Below are positions 1-11,042 of a stretch of DNA of 64,000 nucleotides, one piece after another (the stretch's first letter is position 1; each line of letters opens with the position of its first letter). The notes under the pieces were generated by a model. It did not search any database. It saw nothing but the letters and a program-made list of their open reading frames with translations, and was not told the origin of the DNA. Origin of the DNA: a virus (taxonomy: Duplodnaviria > Caudoviricetes); the IMG/VR virus record IMGVR_UViG_3300037067_023527, positions 32,001 through 96,000 of that record. The stretch is one strand, 5' to 3'. The position numbers and the translations under genes are program-made.

Positions 1-330
1 ACCATGAAAATACCTTTCGGGCCGGGAGAAGACGAAACAGTTATGATCGTCATGGACTGGAATACCGCCTGCCTCTTCAGACAAGCTTTTAACGATATTA
101 TGCAGGAGCACATGCCAGAAAAGGAGAAACATGAAAAAACCAATGGAAAGGTTTGAGGAAATTTACGGGACTTCCCTCTCCCTGCACGGATCTGCAGCCA
201 CATCTTGTGCGCTGATCGTCATCGCTGATCAGCTCGCGGAAATTTCCGCCCAGCTCGCAAAATTGAACACTCACCTGGAACAAATCGGCCAGAAAACAAT
301 AATCGGAGAGGCGCCTCAATTGCGCATGGA

Positions 331-606
331 GTGAAAATGCCCGTACAAAAATTCAGATCCAGGCACATCCCGGTGGAAGCAATCCAATATGATGGCAAAA
401 ATCAAGAGGAAGTGATCGAATTTGGAGGAAAGCGAATCGTTAAAAGCCAGATTCCGTTCAAATCAAACCCTCTGTATTTGCTGGATGGTCGATATTCGAG
501 CCTCATCAGTGTCGGGGATTGGGTTGTCCGCGGGGAAATGGGGTCGTACACCATCGTGCAGAGCGAAGATTTCCCCGTGGCTTTCGAGCCATATTTGGGA
601 AAATAG
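331..606 (+). CDS. conserved phage hypothetical protein (xxKFRxxxxxVEAIQY family)
   Basis: KFRSRHIPVEAIQYDG...SVGDWVVRG pattern typical of small phage proteins; overlaps stop of ORF 131-334. Confidence 0.6.
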   Translation: MKMPVQKFRSRHIPVEAIQYDGKNQEEVIEFGGKRIVKSQIPFKSNPLYLLDGRYSSLISVGDWVVRGEMGSYTIVQSEDFPVAFEPYLGK

Positions 607-810
607 CGGAAATATATATGTTTCTCTTATTTGTCAGAACTCGAAGATTTTGGTTGATGATAATAAAAAAACAGCCAATGGGTTATGTGAAAGCCGCGCC
701 TCCATGCATGAAAGGTGAAATAGTATTGCCTTTCTGTAGGAAATCCCTGGTATTCGGATGGCAAGCAAAATCAGGGGATTAGGCATAAAAATCGCTAAAA
801 TAGCGGAAAT

Positions 811-838
811 TTCCTGAAATTTCATGATATTTCAGGAA
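811..838. promoter_or_regulatory. 28-bp near-perfect palindrome (operator-like) in AT-rich intergenic region
   Basis: TTCCTGAAAT-T-TCATGA-T-ATTTCAGGAA; flanked by direct repeat AAAATAGCGGAAAT at 600-613 and 797-810. Confidence 0.5.
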
Positions 839-881
839 TTATATACTTCACAAACCCAATAGTTTCCCGTGAAACCATCGC

Positions 882-1292
882 ATGACAGCAAAACTGTGTC
901 CATCCTGTCTAACTCCCATGAAAAAAGACGGCCACACCCGCCGTGGGACGCAAAGATGGACCTGTCTCGCCGCCGGCTGCCCGGATTTTGATAAACCACG
1001 CATAGATTTTAATGGATGGTCGACCGGAGGCAATTATTTGCCGTCGACAATACGAGACGATGTGAGAGAACTTCTCCTGGACGGCGGCGAAGTGCGCAGA
1101 ATCGCCCGAATCATGAAAATAAGCAAAAATTCTGTGCGCCGCATAAAAAAGGAGCTGGTTTCGGCCGGCGCCGATCTCCGTTGCCCTTGCGGAAGATCAG
1201 CAAACCATAATGGTTGGTGTGTTGAGCGGTATCGCCGCAGCCCGGCGCGCCAGGAGTTCATGAAAAACTGGAATAATCGCAAAAAGTATTGA
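882..1292 (+). CDS. Zn-ribbon/HTH DNA-binding protein (IS1 InsA-like architecture)
   Basis: CPSC...KDGHTRRGTQRWTC, HTH VRRIARIMKISKNSVRRI, C-terminal CPCG..HNGWC. Confidence 0.6.
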   Translation: MTAKLCPSCLTPMKKDGHTRRGTQRWTCLAAGCPDFDKPRIDFNGWSTGGNYLPSTIRDDVRELLLDGGEVRRIARIMKISKNSVRRIKKELVSAGADLRCPCGRSANHNGWCVERYRRSPARQEFMKNWNNRKKY

Positions 1293-1310
1293 TTATTTGA
1301 AACATTTTGC

Positions 1311-1340
1311 TTGACATTCATGCCGGCTCGAATCTACATT
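1311..1340 (+). promoter_or_regulatory. sigma70-like promoter upstream of ACP
   Basis: TTGACA-N18-TACATT. Confidence 0.45.
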
Positions 1341-1377
1341 CTTAAAAACGCAATCGTTCAAATTCAATGGGGGTTGT

Positions 1378-1617
1378 ATGGAGTTCAAACCGGAGAGAAT
1401 TAAGGAAATTATAGCGGAACAGATCGGGGTCAAACCGAGCGAAATCGAAATGGACAGTACTTTTGAAGATCTCGGCGTGGATTCCTTGGATGCGATCGAA
1501 ATTACCATGTCGATCGAAGAGCAATTTGAAGTGGAAATCCCCGATGAGGTAATTGAAAAGGTCGTTTCGGTAAGGGAGCTGGCGGATTATGTCGAAAACG
1601 CCGTCAAACCAGGATAA
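1378..1617 (+). CDS. acpP: acyl carrier protein
   Basis: acidic 79 aa; FEDLGVDSLDAIEITMSIEEQFEVEIPDE with phosphopantetheine DSL serine. Confidence 0.93.
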   Translation: MEFKPERIKEIIAEQIGVKPSEIEMDSTFEDLGVDSLDAIEITMSIEEQFEVEIPDEVIEKVVSVRELADYVENAVKPG

Positions 1618-2054
1618 ATGGGACGAAATCACTCGTAAAACGAAGGAAGCGATCACGAAAGAATGCGCGAATTCGTTAAAAGAGTATTTCGAAATGTATT
1701 CTGCCGTGAAATCAGGGTATTGGTGCGTGTCCTGCAGGACGCCAATCACCTATATCGGCGTTGGTTTCGTGTGCAATTGCCCTCCGCCTCCCTTCAGGAT
1801 GGCATTTACATATTTGGAGCAGTGATCATGAGACCAGAGGAATACGAGGAACATTGTAGGCTGAAAAAAATGGTCGAGGAATGCCAAAAAAAGGATATGA
1901 GCCGCCTGTTTGTGCTGAGATTGGTTGGCTGGGTTTGTTCTATCCTTGCATTGATTTTGATCCTCTTGCTGGTGGGGCTTATCCCGTTTCTTGATTGGAT
2001 GAATCCTCCGTCGCAGATTCATAGGTACGGTCGTGATTATAAATTGGTGGACAA

Positions 2055-2885
2055 ATGAGGATTGCTCGAGTCTTCCCGAGAAGAACAAATGCCACTCCCG
2101 TAGACGATTTGGCTTTCGTCGGTGCGCCGGGCCTGTTTCCTCCCGATGTGGAAGAAGTCCATGTTTCTGTCTCTTTCACCTGGGATATCCCCGAAGCGCA
2201 ACGTCTCTCCCGGGCATGGGTGCGCGTGGCCCCAGTCAGAATAGGCGGGCCGGCTTTCAACAGGCGTAGCGGCCAGTTTGTACCGGGTATATACGTGAAG
2301 CCGGGCTACACAATCACTTCCCGCGGCTGCCCGAATAATTGCTGGTTCTGCCGGGTCCCCAAGAGGGAGGGAGCGGTCCGGGAGTATGAAATCTGCCCGG
2401 GACACGATATCCTGGATGACAACCTGCTCGCCTGCAGCCATGAACACATGGAAAAGGTGTTTTCCATGCTGGAATGCCAAAAAAGACGGATCAAATTCAC
2501 CGGCGGTCTTGAGGCGGCGCGCTTCGATGAATGGGTTGGGACAAGAATCAGGAAACTCAATCCGCATCGTTTGTATTTCGCTTACGATACCGAGGATGAC
2601 TGGGAACCGCTACGCCGGGCGGCTGAATTGTGCTGGGATCTGGGTTGGACGCCACAAGCTCATATCGTGATGGCATATGTACTGGTTGGATATCCCAAAG
2701 ACACAGTGCCGGCCGCGACCAGGCGCCTGAATAACGTGGCTCGTCTTGGAATAATGCCAATGGCAATGCAGTGGCGCGACGAATCGGGAGAAATCCGGCC
2801 GGAATGGACCGGTTTCCAGCGCAAATGGGCCCGAGTTGCCATTACTTCTCATGAAATAGATAAATTGAAAGGGGAATCGGTATGA
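2055..2885 (+). CDS. radical SAM protein
   Basis: TSRGCPNNCWFC (CxxxCxxC), LDDNLL, YVLVGY motifs. Confidence 0.88.
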   Translation: MRIARVFPRRTNATPVDDLAFVGAPGLFPPDVEEVHVSVSFTWDIPEAQRLSRAWVRVAPVRIGGPAFNRRSGQFVPGIYVKPGYTITSRGCPNNCWFCRVPKREGAVREYEICPGHDILDDNLLACSHEHMEKVFSMLECQKRRIKFTGGLEAARFDEWVGTRIRKLNPHRLYFAYDTEDDWEPLRRAAELCWDLGWTPQAHIVMAYVLVGYPKDTVPAATRRLNNVARLGIMPMAMQWRDESGEIRPEWTGFQRKWARVAITSHEIDKLKGESV

Positions 2886-3322
2886 AGAAATATGCCATTT
2901 TTCCAGTTTTATTTGTGTTGGTCGTGATCGGGTGTGAAACGGAAAAAGAGGAATTGTCGAACGTCATGACTGAATCCGCCATCGTGGCAGACACCATATT
3001 TATGCCCTCTCAGCACGGAAGCGGAAGCGGTACGACCTACAGCATGAGTTCCGGACATATTGGGATTTCGAGCGTCGACGTGGACATTCCTGAGAAGTAC
3101 GCCATCGTGTTTGAATGCGAACATGGAAAATTTGTGATCGAGCGAATGCCTGACGCTCGGGAAATGTGGAAAAATCTCAGGAAAGGTCAAAGCGTGAAGG
3201 TCTATTACCAGGAGAAATTTCGCAGGATTTACGAGAAGGACAAACAGATCAAGTCTTCCCTGATCGGATACCACTTCATACGGGCTGTTCCCAACAAGAT
3301 GCCGGCAGAATCGGTGAAATAA
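2882..3322 (+). CDS. putative lipoprotein
   Basis: MKK + hydrophobic stretch + VVIG-C lipobox-like. Confidence 0.5.
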   Translation: MKKYAIFPVLFVLVVIGCETEKEELSNVMTESAIVADTIFMPSQHGSGSGTTYSMSSGHIGISSVDVDIPEKYAIVFECEHGKFVIERMPDAREMWKNLRKGQSVKVYYQEKFRRIYEKDKQIKSSLIGYHFIRAVPNKMPAESVK

Positions 3323-4383
3323 TGGACGAGAAAATATGCGCAAACTGCCTTAGCCATCCTGCAGTCCCTGGATTTAAGCTGGGGACGTATGGCTTTTGCA
3401 GTGCAAACTGCGAATCCACTTTCCTGAGGGCCGTTTCGGCGCCTAAAAGGGACGATACCGGGTACAAGCTGGAACCTCGGGTTGCCAATCCGGAAGTTTT
3501 CCAGATCACCGCTGATGCATTCCGCATGAAGCAGTATCTTCGCGACCTGGCTGCAGCATGCGAGGAGAAAGTCGGGCCGGCCGCAAAAGAATCCGTTAAG
3601 ATCGTGGGCGCCGATATCGTGCGTCTGCTTACCACAACCCATGGCGAGAAAAATAACCTGGAGGCGATTGCCTCAGTGACACGCGTTCTTTTGTATATTT
3701 TGGATGAGACCGAAAAGAGGTCGATGCAAACAACCTCTTTAAAACAACTTACGCCTCAAGGAGGAATCCAATGAGCAAAATCCCACATATCACAGTGAAG
3801 TATAGTTGCGCATTGTGCGGCCTGCATCGGGTGGAATGCAATGTCCCGTCGCGGCCGGAGGAAATGAATCCAGACCGATGGCTGGAAAAAGTGTGCGGTT
3901 ATACTCTTGCCGCAGATCATGCCTGCAGATCTCCTCATTGCGAAGCAGAAACTCTGTCAGAGCTGATGATTCCTCTGGATAAAGCGAAAATTGTCGGCCT
4001 GGGTATCGGCAACTGATATGGTCGAAAACACGGGTAAAACACTTTCAGGCGGCACAAGGAAGGCTACAAAGTTCCCGGTTTACATCGGGCACAATAGCCA
4101 GGGTGACGGGTTCTACGTGGCGAGCCGTGAGCCGCTTACCTGGGTGAAACATGCGGTGACCTCCGGAGGGTCTTTTGAGCCGGTCAAGGGGAAAGGTTAT
4201 GCGTTCTCTCCCGGGGAGTGGACCGACATGGAGAATCACACTTTTCTGGCCGCGATGATGCGGGTGGTCATGATGGACCGGAATGAGTGGCGGGAACTTA
4301 TTCGGCCGCGGGGATACCCGACGGTGATCAAGGTGCGGAAATGAGCGAGACGGCTCGGATGGTGGAAAATTCTAAGGAGGACT

Positions 4384-5301
4384 ATGGATCACAGAACGAG
4401 TGATTTGATTGTGCTCGACAAGATGTGTGAGCTGGATAAGGACATTCGGATGGCGAAACTGCCTGACAACTTCGTGAACTGCCGGCGCGTTAAGGCTGGC
4501 GGCCATCTTACGATTGGCGTAGATGACTCCTGCGCGAGCATCCTCATGAATATGGCTCTTGGGGCGAAGGATTACGGCGCTGCGCTGATAATCTACAAGC
4601 GTGAGCACTTCGATGAGATCAAAACTGAGTTGAAAAACGGCATTCCTCTCCCACATTTCGGAGATCCTTGCCTCTGCGGGAAGGTGACTGAAGGATGCAC
4701 ACTGGACAGGGAAACACTCTACAACCGAGTAATCGAATTGCAGGGGAAGTTGGAAGCGGTAAAACCTAAGTCTACGCTGAAGGAGATGTTTCCAGGTGAA
4801 TTCTCTGGAGCTCTTCCTGGAAGCATTGAATCCAAGTGGGCCGCAGAAAAGAACACTCTCACGCCGGAACAGGTAAAGCAATTCGACCCTGCTTATCCCG
4901 GCGCGCGAATGCACTATGTTCCCGACAGATCGGAACTGGAGCGAAAGTATCGATACCGCCTCTGGATGGCCTATCCGGATCCGACCGGCTCAAAGTACGG
5001 CGATGACGGCGAAATGCAGCGCGCCGGGCTGGACTTTCTGCGCGCTCCGCTGGAAACGCTCGAGAATGCGGTCGACGAAGCACTGCTTAAATCAGCAGCT
5101 AAGAAGCCGATTCTCACAGAATTTCCAGAAAAGCCCAAGGAGTTTGCTCCTGTGGTGGGTAAATGCGGGGTGCATGCCCCTGGGACAGCGATCACGGATT
5201 GGACATGCGACTTAGATCGCGGTCATTCTGGGAGGCACAGCAATGGTCGCTTAGGTCGGGAACATGAGTGGGATGATAACGGCCATTTATATTATTTTTG
5301 A
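4384..5301 (+). CDS. hypothetical protein
   Basis: 305 aa ORF with strong RBS AAGGAGG; YGDDGEMQ motif; C-terminal Cys/His cluster. Confidence 0.55.
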   Translation: MDHRTSDLIVLDKMCELDKDIRMAKLPDNFVNCRRVKAGGHLTIGVDDSCASILMNMALGAKDYGAALIIYKREHFDEIKTELKNGIPLPHFGDPCLCGKVTEGCTLDRETLYNRVIELQGKLEAVKPKSTLKEMFPGEFSGALPGSIESKWAAEKNTLTPEQVKQFDPAYPGARMHYVPDRSELERKYRYRLWMAYPDPTGSKYGDDGEMQRAGLDFLRAPLETLENAVDEALLKSAAKKPILTEFPEKPKEFAPVVGKCGVHAPGTAITDWTCDLDRGHSGRHSNGRLGREHEWDDNGHLYYF

Positions 5302-5542
5302 GGATGTATGCCTCTATTCAAATGTCCGCGCTGCGGTTTCATCGAAAACACAGCCCTGGGAGAGTACCAGTTCCAGGATATCGTAGATGGTGACGATGGC
5401 ATCGTCCCGGAGATCTGTTCCGAGTGCGCTACTGGGACTTGGCACGGAAAGTTTCCCAAAAAGACTGCCGAGGAGTTGGGATACGTCGAGCTGGAGGATG
5501 GATATTATGGACCGCCCGGAGGATGGAAATGATCGGAGGAGT

Positions 5543-6523
5543 ATGGCGAACAATCGTGCCAGTCTGAAATGTAGCAGATGCCCCAATGATAAGGGCTTTA
5601 GCTTTCTGAAGTATTACCCCAGCCAGGGCTGGTATCTGAATCGGAACGAGAATAAGTTCGCGGCCGGTCTGGACGCCTGGCTGGATGTCCATAAACACGG
5701 TGAGCTCTTCGGTGCCCACCTTTACTTGGAGCTGGAAACCATGGGGAGGCAAGATATGTCGTTTGCCAGAGAAGCGTTGTTAGGCGAAATATCCCGGTTG
5801 GAAAAGGAAATCGAGGAAAAACGGGCAATTCAGAGAAAACTCCAGGATGATATGACTAATGCTAATGCCAATACCGAAATCCTAAATCAAAATGAACAGG
5901 TCCGAAAGATGAGCGAACGGGTTAGAGAACTGAAGAAGGAAGTCGACAAAATGCCGTTTCCATTTGGGGTGTGGGTTGGATGGAGAACGCCTTGGATTGA
6001 TCGCGATAAGGTCATTGAAATCCATTTGGATAAGAACACTTGGGACCAAATCCTGGAATGCATGCCGCCCGAAGCTCGTTTCCAACCGATGGTAAATTCC
6101 CTCGAAGACGCAAATAAGCGAATACTAGAATTACGCACACCCGGAGGCCGGCAGGTTTGGTTCGAAGACGATCGGCAGCATTACGGAGAGACGAAAAAGG
6201 TCGAGACCGCAACTGGCATGGTAGATGATTCAGGTCCAATGTCCGCGCTCGGCCGAAGCGTCCGGAGAAAGATCGATAGAGAAATGCAGGAAGCAGCCAA
6301 TCCTGTGCCTAAACCTAGTCCGTCTGGAGCGATTGAGGCATTGCGATCGGAAATGGCCTCATGTTCTAAACGCGCTGAAGAATTCGGGCGGGAATATAAA
6401 GATCTCGTTGCTAGGTCCAGAGGCATATCACAACAGATGGCTGAATATTTTTCTAAGAGGGAACAGGAGTTCGATAAAATGAAGCGGTTAGAAACCGCCA
6501 TCAATATCCTGGAAGGGAAGTAA
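5543..6523 (+). CDS. coiled-coil hypothetical protein
   Basis: RBS GGAGGAG before ATG 5543; heptad-rich segments. Confidence 0.5.
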   Translation: MANNRASLKCSRCPNDKGFSFLKYYPSQGWYLNRNENKFAAGLDAWLDVHKHGELFGAHLYLELETMGRQDMSFAREALLGEISRLEKEIEEKRAIQRKLQDDMTNANANTEILNQNEQVRKMSERVRELKKEVDKMPFPFGVWVGWRTPWIDRDKVIEIHLDKNTWDQILECMPPEARFQPMVNSLEDANKRILELRTPGGRQVWFEDDRQHYGETKKVETATGMVDDSGPMSALGRSVRRKIDREMQEAANPVPKPSPSGAIEALRSEMASCSKRAEEFGREYKDLVARSRGISQQMAEYFSKREQEFDKMKRLETAINILEGK

Positions 6524-6562
6524 TCCATTTTAAGAGCAGCATGAGAAAGGGAGAATTGTGAC

Positions 6563-7162
6563 ATGTTAGACGAAAAAGAATCTATACAATCGGAAATCAG
6601 CCGGCTCGAGGCGTCGATCGAGGATAACCGCCGCAGTCTTAAAAAACTGGAAGTTGAGAAGCGAAGCGTCCAGGATGGCATCGGATTCTATGAAAATGGC
6701 ATCGAGGAAATGGCGAAGAAAGTCCGGGCGCTGAAGGGTAGACTCAACTCCGCAGAAGGGTTGAGCACGGAAGATTTGTCTGATTTGGCCAAAAAGGTTG
6801 GCGAACAAATGAAGTCGGATTACGCGCATGTGAGCGGTCACGACTTCGCGCTTCCTTCCGGTATGGACAAGAAACCAAAGGAGAATTACTGCATTGCTGA
6901 AGCACTGAAAATGCTTCATTCCTCTTTGGAAAAGGAAATAGCCGTCTTCGATAAATGCATGGCAGAAGCGAGTAATTTCCAGGCGTTTATTGACGCGAAC
7001 CGAACACAACAAAATGAGTGGCGTGACTTGGCTTATGAAGCAGAGGATAGAATAAACCGAATCAGGTCGGCAATTTGCGCGCTGGAGAACAAGGATTCCA
7101 GACCCCCAGGCGTGATGTGGTCGGAAGCGGCCGGCGATATGGCTAAATTCCCGGGGGTTTAA
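6563..7162 (+). CDS. coiled-coil hypothetical protein
   Basis: heptad repeats EISRLEASIEDNRRSLKKLE. Confidence 0.5.
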   Translation: MLDEKESIQSEISRLEASIEDNRRSLKKLEVEKRSVQDGIGFYENGIEEMAKKVRALKGRLNSAEGLSTEDLSDLAKKVGEQMKSDYAHVSGHDFALPSGMDKKPKENYCIAEALKMLHSSLEKEIAVFDKCMAEASNFQAFIDANRTQQNEWRDLAYEAEDRINRIRSAICALENKDSRPPGVMWSEAAGDMAKFPGV

Positions 7163-8251
7163 CAATGTCTGATGAAATCAAAGAAGATCCACCGCCCAAA
7201 GATCAGTTTGACGATTTCTTGCGTAAGCTAAAAGACTTGGTCTCTGAGGCTTATAGTCGTGTTCCAAAAAGCAAGACAAGTCGGGCGAATAGAGTCATGG
7301 AAAAAGCCTTATCCGATTTGGTCGACAAGGATGGATTTCTCGATCTTCGCCAGGCGATTTACATGTGCGGTCATGGTTTGGTGTTTGCCATGGTCAAATT
7401 TAAAGAAAACCCGCCATGCAATCACTGCAAAAGATGCAACAAAAATGGGCCTTGTCCCGATAAAGAGCCGAAAATGATTACGATGCCACTCCCAAAAATG
7501 AAGATGTGAACGGAGGAAAGACAGAAATGCCAGGAACAATGAAGGGGAAACTGATTTACAAGTGCAGGCATTGCGGGGAAGAGGTAGAAGGAGTGGACAC
7601 AAAAGAATATTTGCTTTTTGAGGGTGACGATGCTCCTTCTTACGAAACAGTAATTCCGGAATATCGCACTCCCTCTGGAACGACTGTTGTTTACAAAAAT
7701 GTTAGTGTTCGGCTAAACGCTCCCAAAACAATTTGGCACGTATGCTATGGGAAAGCCGGCCTCATAATTCCGAATAAATATTTCGGCCTCTGCGATATCG
7801 TTGGATTCAGAGAGATTCCTGAAAAGGAGCCAGAAGAACATGAGTAATTGTCATCAGTGCGGCGCTGCGGCCCCAGAGCTATATATCGACCCTCATGAGC
7901 CTCCAGTTAAATATCTTTGCGCAAAATGCCGTATCAAACAGCTCGAGCTGGAGCTATCAGAGTGCGAACAGGACAGATTCACGGCCGAAAGGACCCGAGA
8001 TGAGCGCACAAAGTCGTTTGATGAGCTCGCTCGAGCCGTAGGATGGAGTCCGGAGCGGTGCAATCAGACGGGAGATTCGCCGGTGGCTGCCGCCCAGGAT
8101 CTTGTTCGGAGCGAAAAAGATCTCCGGGAATCCAACAAAAATCTACAGGCAGACCTGGATGAATTGCAGCAGAAATACCACGCTATGGCGCTCGAAATGG
8201 GGAAAATGCTGGGAAGTCTTAGTCTGTCTGAATCCAAAACGGAGTAACAAA

Positions 8252-8689
8252 ATGCGCAATATGTCATTTATCATGACCACCGACGCCTTCAGGAGTGGGG
8301 AGAAGACGGTGACGCGCCGGCTGGGATGGTGGGGCTTAAAACCTGGCGATCGCTTTATGGGCATCAAACAGGGACAGGGTCTCAAAAAGGGTGAGCATGT
8401 TATTCGTTTGCACCCAGCCGAAGTGATTTCTACGAGGTTTGAATGCCTTGAGAATATCACGATCAGAGATCTTCCCCTTGAAGGGTTTCCTGATATGACA
8501 ACGGAAGATTTTATTCAGAGATTCATGGAGCATAACGCAGCAAAATGCAAGAAGGACGGCCGAAGGACTCTGGTGAACCGGATCCAATTCAAACATCTTT
8601 CCCTCTGCCCGGGATGCCTGTACCCGGTTGCTTACCTGGGCGATTACTGCGGCGAGTGCCTTTGCGAGGATGACTGCGCTCCGGACTAA
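8252..8689 (+). CDS. ASCH/PUA-like domain protein
   Basis: SGEKTVTRRLGW..LKPGD and I...D...EGF motifs. Confidence 0.7.
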   Translation: MRNMSFIMTTDAFRSGEKTVTRRLGWWGLKPGDRFMGIKQGQGLKKGEHVIRLHPAEVISTRFECLENITIRDLPLEGFPDMTTEDFIQRFMEHNAAKCKKDGRRTLVNRIQFKHLSLCPGCLYPVAYLGDYCGECLCEDDCAPD

Positions 8690-8752
8690 ATTAGTGGGGA
8701 ATGACTGCGATTTATTCGTCGCCTGCAAGAAAGTCGAGGAAGGAGTTGTTCA

Positions 8753-9061
8753 ATGATTGGATTCCATGGAACAAATAAAGAGAACGCGTTAAAGATCATC
8801 AAGTCTGGCTTCGCTCCCTACACTCATTTTTCCCGGAATCTTCAAGATGCGTTGGAGTTTGGCGGATCCTGGGTGTTTATGGTGAAATTTCAGCGAGTAC
8901 CTGATAATTGGCAATTTCTTAACAAGAAATTAATACCCATAAACCGGATAGTCAGACTTACCCAATATCGGCCGATTGTGCGCATAGGATTTCAAACCCA
9001 TTTGACGCGCAAGATTGATGGTCCATGGGAACATCGAAATCTTAATGGAATACCGCTTTAA
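8753..9061 (+). CDS. putative ADP-ribosyltransferase-fold protein
   Basis: FHGT...IIKSGF...HFS....A pattern; RBS GAAGGAG. Confidence 0.45.
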   Translation: MIGFHGTNKENALKIIKSGFAPYTHFSRNLQDALEFGGSWVFMVKFQRVPDNWQFLNKKLIPINRIVRLTQYRPIVRIGFQTHLTRKIDGPWEHRNLNGIPL

Positions 9062-9338
9062 GAGGAGGATGGCGTCTAATGGATGTTCAGCGGTATTTCT
9101 GGCTTGGCGCCGCCCATGTTGCGGAAGAGATTACGATTCGTGAAGGAAAGCTGCTTGTCGTTATCCCTAAAAAGAAGTGGAAGGACATGCGCCGGTGGGC
9201 AGATGAACGTCAGTATTTCTATGATCCGGCCCTTCAAGATCAAGGGTTTATTAATTTCAGGGCTGTGTTTCGCCTGCAACCGTACTTTATTGGCTTCTGG
9301 AGAACTGAAGATGATTAAATTCGTGGGGTTTTAGAATA

Positions 9339-9872
9339 ATGACTGACGCGAACAATGGATTGGCGGAAGTATTCGGAAATTTGGGGTTGTTCAATAAGAG
9401 CGGAGCCCGATTCAGTGGCGATTCCAAGTACCGGTACACTCTTTTCCGTGAGCGCGCCGAAGGTTCTGGAACCGTGAACTTTATAATGCTCAACCCATCA
9501 ACCGCGGATGCTCAAGCCAACGATCCTACCGTCGAGCGGTGCCAACGCCGGGCTTGGGCTATGGGATATAAAAGACTGGTAGTTACAAACATTTTTGCGC
9601 TTCGATCGACAGATCCTAAAAATCTATATTCCGAAGTGGATCCCGTCGGGTTGGATAACGATTATTGGCTTGTTCAGGTGGCCTTAACATCCGACAAAGT
9701 TGTTTGCGCCTGGGGCTCTCATGGGAATTACCGCGATCGCGGGGGACTGGTCGAACGCATGCTTCGAGAGCAACACATTGATTTATGGCAATTGAGGCTG
9801 ACAAAAAAAGGGGAGCCCAGTCATCCATTGTATATTCCCTATAATGAGGAGCCAAAACCATGGATTCTCTAA
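9339..9872 (+). CDS. DUF1643 family protein
   Basis: YRYTL, FIMLNPSTAD, DPT, NIFALRSTDP, AWG, HPLY. Confidence 0.9.
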   Translation: MTDANNGLAEVFGNLGLFNKSGARFSGDSKYRYTLFRERAEGSGTVNFIMLNPSTADAQANDPTVERCQRRAWAMGYKRLVVTNIFALRSTDPKNLYSEVDPVGLDNDYWLVQVALTSDKVVCAWGSHGNYRDRGGLVERMLREQHIDLWQLRLTKKGEPSHPLYIPYNEEPKPWIL

Positions 9873-10310
9873 CTCAGGAATGTTGCGCCCGGTGTAAGTG
9901 TCCCAATGGTTCATTTTGTGTTGTGGAAAAAGGTAAATTGCTTTGCTCAGTATGTTTTAGATTGTACGAAGAGGAAAAAGATAAATTGCATTCAGTCCAA
10001 ATGGCCGCGGCTACAGAAGCCACACTGAAATGGCGCCAATCTAATCCGGAATGGTTTGAAATTTTGGGGGTATAAGCATGGAATCAGCGAGAAAAATAGT
10101 CAATGCAGCCTGCAGTGCGGTTGCCTTCATAATTTTTATGATTTTTGCTGGATATCTTGGTTTCAAGTCATTTGCAAACTCAGATTTCACTTCCAGTTTG
10201 ACTCAATTGGGAGCATGCATTGCTCTATTCCGGACGGCAAAATATTTCTTTGACTATTTTAGAGAATGGCTGCGCGAAGTCCTTGAGGCTTATGAGGAGG
10301 ATAATTATTA

Positions 10311-10673
10311 ATGGATCTCGTAGGGACCTGTCCTAAAGGATTCTGGGAAGAGTGGATATCAGAAGGCAATTGCGCCGGCGACCCGGAAAGAGCTGATATC
10401 GAATATTATTGGTTTACGAGAAGCAAACTCACATTGAAATTGCAGCCCGGAGACCGGTTTTATGTGGTATGCAACGGAAGTTTGCGCGGCTGGGCGCCCG
10501 TTGTTCGAATACTGACCGACATTCAGAACGACAAACAGTATTTCGCTATTGCCAGGTCCTGCGGCGCCGTGGCCTGCACGATACTCCAAAACATTCCTGG
10601 ATTCCGGGGCCTGCGTAAACGATGGTGGGAGCGCGAAGAAGAACTCCCATTCCCTGACTGGAGGAAACTATGA
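10311..10673 (+). CDS. hypothetical protein, possibly PUA/EVE-like
   Basis: QPGDRFYVV..G.LRGWA; IPGFRGLR. Confidence 0.4.
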   Translation: MDLVGTCPKGFWEEWISEGNCAGDPERADIEYYWFTRSKLTLKLQPGDRFYVVCNGSLRGWAPVVRILTDIQNDKQYFAIARSCGAVACTILQNIPGFRGLRKRWWEREEELPFPDWRKL

Positions 10674-11042
10674 AGTGGATGCAGCACGATCGTAAAGGGA
10701 AACGTCTTATTTTCAAGCTCGAGGAACACGAAATCGTCGACGGGATGCAGCATTTTCTATTTTTTTCCCATCCGGAGACAAATCAGAAGGATGCCAAGAT
10801 GGTTGAGATACCTCTCGGTCCCTCTATGATTAATTCGAACTGGGAGTTGATATTCAAATTTCCAGGCGAAATACCTCTTCATCTTGGCAGATGTGAGTTC
10901 TTTGTGAACGGGCACAGCGTAATGAAGGGAAGCTATATTGTGGCGACTGGATTCAGTGTTGCAAACAACATCGTCTGTCACCAGGCCCTTTCTAAACGAA
11001 TATGAAACATCCTGTTTTATAGTCAGAATCCCGAGGTAGTCA

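Noticed and set aside
882-1292. IS1 insertion sequence
   Set aside because: No DDE transposase frame or terminal inverted repeats seen
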